A stretch of DNA of 32,293 bases from a virus (taxonomy: Duplodnaviria; Caudoviricetes), in IMG/VR virus record IMGVR_UViG_3300034407_001190, positions 1 through 32,293 of that record, one strand, 5' to 3'. The translations under genes were made by a program, and so were the position numbers. The notes beneath the pieces were generated by a model. That model saw nothing but the letters and a program-made list of their open reading frames with translations, was not told where the DNA came from and made no database searches. This document shows, piece after piece, positions 23,378 through 32,292 of the stretch; the stretch's first letter is position 1; each line of letters starts with the position of its first letter.

Positions 23378-26300
23378 TTAACAACTATCTTTTTCTATTA
23401 TCATTCCTAAACTATTGACTCTAATATACTCATTTCCTGTTATTTTGTAATAACCTGCTGGTAAATTATTAATTCCTTCTCCAGGAGCATTACCTGCACA
23501 TTGAGAATCTTCGTAAACCAAATCATATAAAGCAACACTACCAGTACCTGCAAAGTAAAACGTTTGTGTAAGTGGTTGATTACATGCAATTGATTTAGTA
23601 TTTTGTCTTGTACTTGCTTGAAAAGACGTACAAGGAATCGTACACTCACAGCATGCTTCAGCTGGAGACGTATCCGAGTAACATAATTTCTGAGCTGATG
23701 TAAATCTAAAATCATATATCAAATATAAATATTGATTGTTTGTCGGTAAGGTAAAAGCAGGTGTTGTGGCTGGTCCTACCGTTGCCTCTCTTATATTTGT
23801 GCCTGTTGGATTTGAAACTAAACTATTAGGTATAAGAGTAGCAGCAGCTAATATTGCACCTACATCTGTTGTATTGTTTCCATATAAAGTGTTTGTGGAT
23901 AAAAACTTAAAATTATCATTAGGATATTTCCAATTATAATCATCTGTAGCTTTTTTGTCTACACGCATGTTTAAACTTGCTCCATTGTATGGGTACACTC
24001 CAACAGAACGAACCCCTGTTTGACCTTCGAAATAACTAAAGACATCTGGATTTGACCCCATAGTAATTTGGTCAGTGTCTATTGGACTTGTGGTTTGAGA
24101 ATCACTCCATCCATATTCTACATGAATTAAACTTCCACTATCTATATTTGAATTAATAACACATTTATATACTGTAATATTTAAAGGTGTAATACAAGTT
24201 GGATTAACACTAAAAGATGCTGTTGTATTAGTTGGAGGCGCTACCGTCACAACAGCTGTAGTTGGGGTGGCAGCTGTTTTTGAAATAGTTATGCTACCTC
24301 CAGTTGTAACATTTCCTGAAGAAACTATTGTACCGTTCCAGTTTATTTGAACATTCACAGTTCCTGATGTTACTCCATAATTCACCACGATGTCGCCTAT
24401 AATGGTGCCAAAATCTATAGTATAAGAAACAGCTGTAGAAGTATTCGTGGTGTTAAATTCTGAACCACATTGATATACAACTGGTGGGCGTGGAACTTCT
24501 TTGTCGTTAGTAGACAAAACATATTCATCCATGTAAGGGTCATACCCTCCTAACTTTTGTGTACCTAAAGCTAATTGAAACTCATCTCTAAACCATGAAC
24601 GCATACCTTTATCAGATATAACTTCCAACTGGTCACTTGAAGAATTACCAACAAGTCTTATTACAGCAACTCTTTTTACGTCTGTGAAATAGTAACTATT
24701 TCCGTATACCGCAAAACTTTCAGGGTTAAAACTTATACCATATTCTTCTGTTCTTGCTATCTGAGTCCCTAAAATTGTAGGTGAAGAAACAATTGCTCCT
24801 CCGCCTGTAGAATCACTTATTAAATTTTTTGATGCAAGCACATAACTAATTTTATCTTCTTGCAATGTAAGGATATCTGTTTCTCTGGCATATAAAGTTC
24901 TTATTGGACCAAATGAAGTTTCTAATTCTTTAAAATTAGCTAAGCTTAAATTAAACTCATTTAAATTATTTACACCAGCATTGCTACTAAACACGCCGCT
25001 ATAAGTTAAATCAGCAAACCTATGAGCTTCTTTAAAGTCTTGCTCCGAAACAGCTAATGTTCTTTGACCCATTGTTAAAGCTCGTCCCGCTAAATCATCT
25101 TTTATTTTAAAGCTTTCTACACCATTAGCAAAAGTATAACAATCAATAAAAGGCAGTGTAACAATGGCTGGCTGTGTTGTTGTTTGATTTTGGTCTCCAT
25201 CCGCACTTCCTGACATGTGTAGGTAATTACCAGTATTGTCTCGTACTACAGGGTAAGACTCGGACGCATCGTAGAATATATCTGGATTTGCATCCTGTGG
25301 TTCTGTTTCAAAAACAATCATAGTGTTTGCTCTTGTTACAACTATTTCCACACTAACTGAAACATTTCTTCTTCTTGAGAAAGGTTGGAATCCAGCACAT
25401 CCTTGCTTCTTTGTTTTAACAACCAAACCTAAAGGTGAGTTGATATCATTTACGGTGTCTTGAACAAATTGAAAGAAAATAGAATCATCACCCATACTCG
25501 CTCCGCTATTATCAGTACAAGTAACCCCAGGCACCCCTTGTGAGTAAGAACCCACTGCTGTTTTGTTTATTACTTCAATATTACCATCAGCTTGTATTTT
25601 ACCTGGAGAAGCGTTTGCTGGGTTTATTTGGTCCCCTATCCACCATCTTCTGAAGTCAGGGTAAGTACTGGTAGAAAATAAAGTTTGTTCCCATTTCCAT
25701 TCAAACCCTTCACAATCACCTCCTCTTGAGGGTCTATTAATTCTAATCTTAATGTCAATAGAAGAGCCAGCTGGAATATCATAGTTGGTATTCACACCAC
25801 TGTCAGTTGTAAACAGTGGATATCTTATTCCGTGTTTACAAGTTCCGTCATCTCCAGTACCAGTTACCTTTTTTTGCCCAGCATCTATTACTGCATCTTC
25901 TGGTATAACTGTTGTAAAACCAGATGGTTTTATTTCCATATACAAGCCAGGTAATTGATTTGTGCCAGCACCCATACCTTGGGGGCTATCTAAAAAATCT
26001 CTCGCTTGAGCTTCTACATTTAATACTTTTGCTTTTACTACTTGACTAATAGGGCCATCAACATCTGTCTTTACAATCAATGTGTCACCCGTCTTAACTT
26101 TATTTTGGTTGTCTCCTTCTAACTTAAAATATGTAACTTGTGAGGTTTGTACTGTATAATAAAAATTAGAAAATATAGTTTCATAATTACCCTTACTTGG
26201 CTTTACTACAAACTTATATCTCTGCGCCCATGATGGAGCATAACTTTCTACCGTAGCTTTTATACTGTTTAGAGTAATACTGTTTGCGGCAGGCACACTA

Positions 26301-28192
26301 ATAGTATTAAAGTTTGAAGTTAAAACTGTAGAGGCTCTCCCGTACTCATCTAAATAAACTATTCCTGTAGCAAAGTCTCTATTACTATGTAATGAACCAG
26401 TGTTTGAAGAGGTTGATAAAACCACACTACCAGTTGAAATTCTAAAATACTCATACAAGTCTGTTTGAGGCACAGCTGGTGGACCTGAGCTTGCAGCACT
26501 AATAAATTTCATTGCAATAACTTGTAGCCCAATCGTATTACTACCTGGAGAGGCTGTAATAGGCCATCCTTGTTGAGCGGTTGAGCTTGTTACCCCACTT
26601 ATTTCTTTACTAAATGTACATACTTGAGATGGTTTTACCAAGTCATTATTAAACCTGTCGGTTAGCGAACCGCCTTGAGAAGCATCAGCCATAGGCTGAA
26701 AGTTTACATTTATTTGTGTTCCTATTGCATCCCTAAAGTCAGGGCCAATAGCCAAATCATATACACTTGAATAATTTTGTGTAAGGGCTACTGTGAATTC
26801 AAATGTTATAACACCATTAGTAAACAAGTTATTATCTATAAAACATTGTGTGGCAGTTGTACCTCCTATTGAAGCGTGCTCTATAGTTAAACTAAAATTA
26901 AGATTAGAACCTTGTTTTAGTAAACTAGATACAGAAGTTAAATCAAAATTAATTTTAGCATTTGTAGCTGTCACCGTATTGCTTGGGTCTATTGTATAAT
27001 TTACACCATTGGCAATTGTAGGGTCATCAATTTCTATAAAATCTACATTTTTTGTAACTAACTCAGTGTCATAATTTATAGCTATCTCTTGGTTATTTTC
27101 ATTTGTAATATTATAACCATCAACATAGTTGCCATATATCAAACGATTACCCATTATAGTTAGAGCTTGGGCTTTTTTGGGAACGTTATCATATAATCTA
27201 CCTAACTCATCTGTTCCTAATACAGAGTATATTTTACTATTGTTAAATTGAAAAGTTTGAACAGCATCGTTTGCCCACCCATTTTCTAACTTGTTAAATC
27301 TTTCAATTACATATATGTTGTTATTATTAGTGTCTTTAAAAAGCAAATCAACTTCTTTAACTCTTTCGCTACCAGTACTAAAAGAAACATTAACAGCATT
27401 AAATCTGTTACTCATTCCTTCGTTGTTGTAATTTTTTACACTGAACTTGAAAGGTCCTGTAGAAAAAGCAGGTAATGAAAATAAAGATATAGCACTGTAT
27501 TCATTGTTAGAATATCGGTATCTATAAGCGAAACACAAGAACCTGTCTTCTATGTAATTTTCTGAACTATTAGTTAAGGATAAACCTGCAGTTGTAGGCG
27601 CAGGTAAAGGAATATCTGCTGTTGGTGTAGTACCTGGGATAAATTCATACCCTGGTGGTTTTACAATAACACTAATATCTTCTTCTACTATTTGGTCTAC
27701 ACCCCCTACAGGAAAGGCGTAAGAGTGAGTAATGTTTATTTTTCTTGGTGGATTAAAGTTGTCTGTAAAAAATAATAAGTCTTCTATTTTTTCTACCCCC
27801 GTAACTAAATACTTAGGGTCAAAATTTAAAACACCAAATGTAATTACATGATATCTTAATGTATCATCGTTAGTGTTGTATGATAAAATTAAATCAAGCT
27901 TTGTGTTATTACCTGTATAGTTATTATCGTGAACAAACCAATATAAAGTTTCATTAGCACTATCTTCATACGCCCCAAGACATACAGCTGTATTAGAAAG
28001 AGCAACATTGTTAAACTCTAAAGTGGTTAGCTGGTCATTACCTCTACTATTTTCAACTGCACCAATTTCAGTAGTTTCCGTAGAACCAAGGCGTACGTTC
28101 ATTGCATCGACGTATTCTCCAGGTGGGAGAAGTCTCTCGTCCACGGACTTATTCATTCGTCCTTTAATAAAATTCGTGGTTACTATTGGCAT
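23378..28192 (-). CDS. Tail nozzle/muzzle (stabilisation) protein, N-terminal major part plus appended domains (1604 aa)
   Basis: F..GRMNKSVDERL.P.GEY.DAMN, LFFTDNFNPPRKIN, GNRLIYGNY.DG, GIVY.DEYGR, NNLNEF and YGISFNPESF, typical of crAss-like/Flavobacterium podovirus tail stabilisers. Confidence 0.75.
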   Translation of the reverse strand: MPIVTTNFIKGRMNKSVDERLLPPGEYVDAMNVRLGSTETTEIGAVENSRGNDQLTTLEFNNVALSNTAVCLGAYEDSANETLYWFVHDNNYTGNNTKLDLILSYNTNDDTLRYHVITFGVLNFDPKYLVTGVEKIEDLLFFTDNFNPPRKINITHSYAFPVGGVDQIVEEDISVIVKPPGYEFIPGTTPTADIPLPAPTTAGLSLTNSSENYIEDRFLCFAYRYRYSNNEYSAISLFSLPAFSTGPFKFSVKNYNNEGMSNRFNAVNVSFSTGSERVKEVDLLFKDTNNNNIYVIERFNKLENGWANDAVQTFQFNNSKIYSVLGTDELGRLYDNVPKKAQALTIMGNRLIYGNYVDGYNITNENNQEIAINYDTELVTKNVDFIEIDDPTIANGVNYTIDPSNTVTATNAKINFDLTSVSSLLKQGSNLNFSLTIEHASIGGTTATQCFIDNNLFTNGVITFEFTVALTQNYSSVYDLAIGPDFRDAIGTQINVNFQPMADASQGGSLTDRFNNDLVKPSQVCTFSKEISGVTSSTAQQGWPITASPGSNTIGLQVIAMKFISAASSGPPAVPQTDLYEYFRISTGSVVLSTSSNTGSLHSNRDFATGIVYLDEYGRASTVLTSNFNTISVPAANSITLNSIKATVESYAPSWAQRYKFVVKPSKGNYETIFSNFYYTVQTSQVTYFKLEGDNQNKVKTGDTLIVKTDVDGPISQVVKAKVLNVEAQARDFLDSPQGMGAGTNQLPGLYMEIKPSGFTTVIPEDAVIDAGQKKVTGTGDDGTCKHGIRYPLFTTDSGVNTNYDIPAGSSIDIKIRINRPSRGGDCEGFEWKWEQTLFSTSTYPDFRRWWIGDQINPANASPGKIQADGNIEVINKTAVGSYSQGVPGVTCTDNSGASMGDDSIFFQFVQDTVNDINSPLGLVVKTKKQGCAGFQPFSRRRNVSVSVEIVVTRANTMIVFETEPQDANPDIFYDASESYPVVRDNTGNYLHMSGSADGDQNQTTTQPAIVTLPFIDCYTFANGVESFKIKDDLAGRALTMGQRTLAVSEQDFKEAHRFADLTYSGVFSSNAGVNNLNEFNLSLANFKELETSFGPIRTLYARETDILTLQEDKISYVLASKNLISDSTGGGAIVSSPTILGTQIARTEEYGISFNPESFAVYGNSYYFTDVKRVAVIRLVGNSSSDQLEVISDKGMRSWFRDEFQLALGTQKLGGYDPYMDEYVLSTNDKEVPRPPVVYQCGSEFNTTNTSTAVSYTIDFGTIIGDIVVNYGVTSGTVNVQINWNGTIVSSGNVTTGGSITISKTAATPTTAVVTVAPPTNTTASFSVNPTCITPLNITVYKCVINSNIDSGSLIHVEYGWSDSQTTSPIDTDQITMGSNPDVFSYFEGQTGVRSVGVYPYNGASLNMRVDKKATDDYNWKYPNDNFKFLSTNTLYGNNTTDVGAILAAATLIPNSLVSNPTGTNIREATVGPATTPAFTLPTNNQYLYLIYDFRFTSAQKLCYSDTSPAEACCECTIPCTSFQASTRQNTKSIACNQPLTQTFYFAGTGSVALYDLVYEDSQCAGNAPGEGINNLPAGYYKITGNEYIRVNSLGMIIEKDSC

Positions 28193-28193
28193 A

Positions 28194-29108
28194 CTACTTT
28201 ATCCATTTATCCTGACCTCTTAAGTTCATTAAGAGACGACCAGGATGTATATTACTTAATCTTATTTTAGCATTTCTTAATAAAGAAGACTTGTCCTTTC
28301 TTACTCTATTAACAATGTACTCTTGCACTCCTAATCTGCTATTCAAAATAGAATATTTAATATATGCGTAGATATATTCTTCAAACAATTTGTTTACACT
28401 TACTCGCGCATCGTTTCCGTTTTCCATTCCATCTGAAACATATTCTAATACAATGGATGCGTTACCTCCCATAGAACTAAAGTTAATAACACCAGCTCTT
28501 TTATCTACTGTAAATGTGGGATTTATGTTAGCAGTTTCAGTGTTCAAACCAAATCTTGCGCCAACAGAATAATCAAAATACCATACTCCGTCCACACAAG
28601 TTCCTTCACAACCATGAAACATACTGTTATCATTTAAATAAATACCTACTCTTCCTCTACTTAAATCTACTTCTGAATCTTGAGGACTTAAAGCATTACC
28701 GTCTTGGTCAAATAATATTCTACTTTGATTGTCTTGTAAGTAAGCTTTACTCCAATTGGTTTGTATGTTTTCACTTAAAGGATAAAGAACACCATTTCTA
28801 AACTGAGAGATACGCACCCAGTTTACATAGTCTGAAGGTAAAATAAACCTTGAGTTGTTTCCTACATCTAATTGCAATATTTTTATTTCTTTCATAGCAT
28901 CGTAATTCAACTCTTGAATACCACGCTTTGCATAAAATAAAACTTGAAACCTGTTAATGTTATTAATCAATTCATGATTACCCTGATACATCAACATAAA
29001 ATTATTTACTATTTCCTGTAAAGATATATACTGGTAAGAACCCCAGTTTGCATCTTCAGGGTTTCCTCCATTATTTGTGTAATATTGATATTGATTTATA
29101 TATGTCAT
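28194..29108 (-). CDS. Tail ring/adaptor (tubular) protein
   Basis: AKRGIQELNYD, LPSDYVNWVRIS, LEYVSDG and EEYIYAYI; position between capsid and nozzle. Confidence 0.7.
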   Translation of the reverse strand: MTYINQYQYYTNNGGNPEDANWGSYQYISLQEIVNNFMLMYQGNHELINNINRFQVLFYAKRGIQELNYDAMKEIKILQLDVGNNSRFILPSDYVNWVRISQFRNGVLYPLSENIQTNWSKAYLQDNQSRILFDQDGNALSPQDSEVDLSRGRVGIYLNDNSMFHGCEGTCVDGVWYFDYSVGARFGLNTETANINPTFTVDKRAGVINFSSMGGNASIVLEYVSDGMENGNDARVSVNKLFEEYIYAYIKYSILNSRLGVQEYIVNRVRKDKSSLLRNAKIRLSNIHPGRLLMNLRGQDKWIK

Positions 29109-29109
29109 C

Positions 29110-30081
29110 TTAGCTTGTTTCTTGTGTATCTGTTAATTCTTCTGTTTGCCCAAATCTATATACCGCATCTTCTCTAATTTCTATACCTATGTATTGACAA
29201 ATTTTTGCAACCAAGTTTGGCTCATCAGAAGCAGGCAGTTCAAAGTTTTGAAAATCCGCAGCTGCAGGATTATATATTGGGTCTTGACCAGACGTTGTTA
29301 AGTAAGTCCAGTTAGGTGCTAAAGGATATCTAATATATTGCACCTGTATAGCTCCACCCTGAATAATAGTTGTTGGATAAACAGATATGGTATTTCCTAA
29401 TACTCCAGTTGCAGTATTAGAACTTGCGCCACCCAATACATAAGCAGGGTATTGGTTTGAAGGAGCGGTTAAGTTAGAGCTTGTTAAATAAAATATTTTA
29501 TTTTGATTTACTCTTTCAACTTCAGTAATATTATACTGGTCATAAATACTGTAAGTGTCACCACCTTGTATAATAGCCTCACTTATAGTGACTTGAGTAT
29601 TACTATTAATTTCGGTAATGAAGGCTGACTGGTTGTCCGCAGTATCTGTTACTAAATCACCCACCGCGACTGAACTTTCAAATGTAGCAGTAGCATCTTG
29701 AATTGTTCGTGGATTTGCTGGCCCAGTAAATACATTTGTACCAGACGCTTTTAAAGTAGGATAGTAAAATACTTTGTTTATTAAATAATAATCACCAGGT
29801 AAATTATACTGATTGTTTAAACCAGGTGATGTTTGTGCTAAATAAGCCGTTGCTGAAAAAGTATCAATTACTTCTTCTAAGTTTTTTATTATATCTGCAT
29901 AACCAGTGCCTGATGTACGCGCGTTTTCTCTATTAATCCAATTATTATATTGATAAAAGTAATCCTCAAATATATCCATTTGAGCTTGTAAACAATATAA
30001 GTTAAAATCCTGTGGAGATATATAGCCATAATTATTTTTATTAGCTATAGCCATAACTGTATTTCGTACGGAGTTAATCAT
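29110..30081 (-). CDS. Tail ring/adaptor (tubular) protein
   Basis: INSV..TV..I.NK...GYISPQDFN....AQ, P....P.Y, YIRYP..P.W.Y and FEL..SDE..LV.KI..Y.G..IRE. Confidence 0.7.
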   Translation of the reverse strand: MINSVRNTVMAIANKNNYGYISPQDFNLYCLQAQMDIFEDYFYQYNNWINRENARTSGTGYADIIKNLEEVIDTFSATAYLAQTSPGLNNQYNLPGDYYLINKVFYYPTLKASGTNVFTGPANPRTIQDATATFESSVAVGDLVTDTADNQSAFITEINSNTQVTISEAIIQGGDTYSIYDQYNITEVERVNQNKIFYLTSSNLTAPSNQYPAYVLGGASSNTATGVLGNTISVYPTTIIQGGAIQVQYIRYPLAPNWTYLTTSGQDPIYNPAAADFQNFELPASDEPNLVAKICQYIGIEIREDAVYRFGQTEELTDTQETS

Positions 30082-30096
30082 AGGATAATCTTTTTA

Positions 30097-30104
30097 CAAA
30101 TATA
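30097..30104 (-). promoter_or_regulatory. Bacteroidota -7 promoter element TATATTTG
   Basis: CAAATATA on + strand, intergenic, 15 nt before ATG 30081 and directly after a terminator. Confidence 0.65.
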
Positions 30105-30107
30105 AGC

Positions 30108-30142
30108 AAAAAAAAAGAGGCCTAAATTGTTTAAGCCTCTTT
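30108..30142 (-). terminator. Intrinsic terminator
   Basis: Minus-strand RNA AAAGAGGCUUAAA-CAA-UUUAGGCCUC followed by U9. Confidence 0.85.
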
Positions 30143-30164
30143 AATCATCTTGTGTATGTGTTGC

Positions 30165-30494
30165 TTATGCAGAGTACTCCACTTCAATTTGAGCTACACC
30201 TGTAATAGCGTATTTAGGCTCAAGTAAAAAGAATGGTTTAGTCCACGATGTACATAAAGCATCTTCGATAGCATCAACGACACTATTTAATTGCTCTTTA
30301 GTTTTAGCCGCATCACTTGCTGTAGTAGCAGTAATTTCAAAACCTAAAACTTCAGACGCACCAGTAGCTCTGTGACCTACTGCATTGTAAAGAATGTTTA
30401 CCTTCGTGTTAGCTCCTACTTCAATTCCAAGTATATTGTTAATTGGAATTAAATGATAAGCATCACTAAGACTGATTTTAAGATATTTCACCAT
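30165..30494 (-). CDS. Hypothetical small virion-module protein
   Basis: 109-aa ORF with its own promoter element and terminator. Confidence 0.75.
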   Translation of the reverse strand: MVKYLKISLSDAYHLIPINNILGIEVGANTKVNILYNAVGHRATGASEVLGFEITATTASDAAKTKEQLNSVVDAIEDALCTSWTKPFFLLEPKYAITGVAQIEVEYSA

Positions 30495-30525
30495 AATAAA
30501 AATTTAATGGGGTTAAACAATACTG

Positions 30526-30533
30526 CAAAGATA
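30526..30533 (-). promoter_or_regulatory. Bacteroidota -7 promoter element TATCTTTG
   Basis: CAAAGATA on + strand in the 46-nt intergenic gap. Confidence 0.6.
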
Positions 30534-30540
30534 CAAAACC

Positions 30541-31299
30541 TTATTTATTACTTTTAAGCTTTTTAGATAACAACTTATATGTCTCTACACCATCATCACT
30601 TTGAAAAAACGACGCTACAATATAGTAGTGGTCTTCACCAAATGGTACAGACAATAATTTGTTTTTGTTTTTAGGTAAGTTAAAATAAACATCCTTACCA
30701 CTATTTTTAAGAATTAGCCAACTGTTATTAAAAAACTGCACTACATCTCCATATAAATTAAGCATAGGGTCGTTTACTGTTTCCATAAAATCTTCAGGTG
30801 ATTCTTTAGCATACAAAAGAATATCTCTTTTTAATTCTGAAGTTGTTAACCTATCTGCAGCACCACCCATTAAAACTCTACACACTGTAATAAGCTCATT
30901 TCCTTTAAGATTTTTAGCCAGTATCTGAGCTTCTAACCCTCGCTCTACATAAGCCAATTGTTGAGCTGCATCTTTTTCATTGTTTATTTCTTCAAACACT
31001 CTTCCATTACCAGGATGGTAATATAAAAATTTTTGTAGTGATTGATTGCTTCTTGGGACAGACAACATACCATCCTCAAACATTACTGGTTCTAAAACAG
31101 CATTGCCATCTTGCTCATCCTCAAAAGGTGACTTTTGATTTCGTGCATAACGAAGAGGTCGGTTAATTCCTTTTTCTTCATCAAACCATAATAATGGGGA
31201 CCTGTTGGTGTGTCTGGATGCTAACATGTATGTTAGCGGTATTTGCTTACTAAGTAGTCTGTAAGCTTTATCTGCGTATTTTTCGTTTACTTTTTTCAT
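30541..31299 (-). CDS. Conserved-type phage protein downstream of capsid gene
   Basis: PLLWFDE...R.LRYA.NQKSPF.DEQ...FEDG.L.VP...LQKFL..HP; function unknown. Confidence 0.75.
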   Translation of the reverse strand: MKKVNEKYADKAYRLLSKQIPLTYMLASRHTNRSPLLWFDEEKGINRPLRYARNQKSPFEDEQDGNAVLEPVMFEDGMLSVPRSNQSLQKFLYYHPGNGRVFEEINNEKDAAQQLAYVERGLEAQILAKNLKGNELITVCRVLMGGAADRLTTSELKRDILLYAKESPEDFMETVNDPMLNLYGDVVQFFNNSWLILKNSGKDVYFNLPKNKNKLLSVPFGEDHYYIVASFFQSDDGVETYKLLSKKLKSNK

Positions 31300-31324
31300 T
31301 ACATTTAAATTTAATTTGATTAAT

Positions 31325-31362
31325 AAAAAATATCAGGGGAGGAGTATACCTCCCCTAATATT
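31325..31362 (-). terminator. Intrinsic terminator after capsid gene
   Basis: AGGGGAGG/CCTCCCCT stem (31335-31356), extendable by further pairs, followed on the minus strand by U6. Confidence 0.85.
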
Positions 31363-31377
31363 ATGTTTTACTTCTTA

Positions 31378-32292
31378 TTAGTTTTTAAATAAGAAGAAGT
31401 TGTTTGCACCTAAAACACAAACTGCTCTTTCAGATAAGAAGTTTACTTCCATTGCATCTAAAGAAGATGTTCTTGCACCACCAGCAGAACCAGTAATCCA
31501 AGTCTTGTAACGTCTGTCTTCAGCTTCAGAAGCTCTATATCTTACATGTAAGAATGGTCTCTTAGCGTTTTTACCAAGGATTTGGTCATAAACTGAAGTA
31601 GAACCAGCTGGAACTAAAAGTCCATTGATACCACCTGCTACTAATCCACCACGCATAGTTGGGTCGTTTAGGTATTTCCAGTCAGACTTATAGAAGTCAT
31701 AACCTCTACGGAAACCTGAGAATCCAAGGTTTAGTGCCATCTCTTCATCATTGTCAAATAGACCGTAAGACGTACCACCAGCTCCATAAGAGTTTTGTGC
31801 CGCTAACATGTCATCAATATCAAATGAGAAGTTTCTGTTTACGAAAAGAACGTTCTCTTCGATTGCACCTTGCTTGTCTAGTCTCTGAATAATAGAGTCA
31901 AAATCTGCTAATGTAGTAGGGTTACCTCCTGCAAAAACATTTCCTCTGTTATTTACTTCGTAGAATACACCTTTAGAACCACTTAATCCAGCAACAGAGT
32001 TACCAGCACCAGCTGCTTGTAGGTAATCACCTGCACCAGAAGCTGCTTCTGCTGGAACTGCTTCTACTAAAGCTGTTTCCATGTAGTCTTCGAATCTTAA
32101 TCTTGTGTCGTGCTCAGACTTTAGATACCATAAGTATCCGCTTACTCCGTCTTCTCCACTTACTTCAACCCAACCAATTTGAGCCATATCAGAACCTGAT
32201 ACAGAATACTTATCCTTAAGAATAATTGGTTTGTTGTCAAAGAAGAAATCGTCAGCTTCTAATGAGCCTTCCATTCCTGCAGTTCCTTTTGC
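31378..32292 (-). CDS. Major capsid protein, 5'-truncated by window edge
   Basis: Frame stays open to the window end (AKGTAGM...). Motifs NKPIILKD.Y.VSGSD.AQIGWVEV, GYLWYLK, ALNLGFSGFRRG.YDFYK.DWKYLND and RPFLHVRYR; strong terminator downstream. Confidence 0.8.
   Translation of the reverse strand, partial: AKGTAGMEGSLEADDFFFDNKPIILKDKYSVSGSDMAQIGWVEVSGEDGVSGYLWYLKSEHDTRLRFEDYMETALVEAVPAEAASGAGDYLQAAGAGNSVAGLSGSKGVFYEVNNRGNVFAGGNPTTLADFDSIIQRLDKQGAIEENVLFVNRNFSFDIDDMLAAQNSYGAGGTSYGLFDNDEEMALNLGFSGFRRGYDFYKSDWKYLNDPTMRGGLVAGGINGLLVPAGSTSVYDQILGKNAKRPFLHVRYRASEAEDRRYKTWITGSAGGARTSSLDAMEVNFLSERAVCVLGANNFFLFKN

Larger units (their letters stand above)
102..29822. repeat. Dispersed 8-bp palindrome GTTTAAAC, 21 copies
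   Basis: Starts at 102, 356, 573, 953, 1475, 1771, 2323, 2768, 3542, 3973, 4538, 5911, 7773, 9440, 12058, 13999, 18331, 21080, 21686, 23969 and 29815 (manual count). Confidence 0.9.

Noticed and set aside
23370-23385. Programmed frameshift or read-through fusing the 1604-aa and 519-aa tail genes
   Set aside because: The junction is TAA-T-ATG with no slippery sequence; 1-nt gaps are the normal coupling style here (also 28193 and 29109).
23894-23902. Perfect DnaA box (TGTGGATAA)
   Set aside because: A single copy inside a tail gene; roughly 0.4 expected by chance in this window.
21817-28192. Diversity-generating retroelement targeting tail genes
   Set aside because: No reverse transcriptase and no near-identical TR/VR nucleotide pair was noticed; the repeats are diverged at protein level.
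399-31892. Numerous 60-140 aa ORFs antisense to or overlapping the main genes (e.g. 399-659, 10838-11050, 14024-14371, 15434-15847, 16436-16771, 19298-19603, 31659-31892)
   Set aside because: They are shadow frames of well-supported genes, with S/F/L-biased composition and no expression signals.
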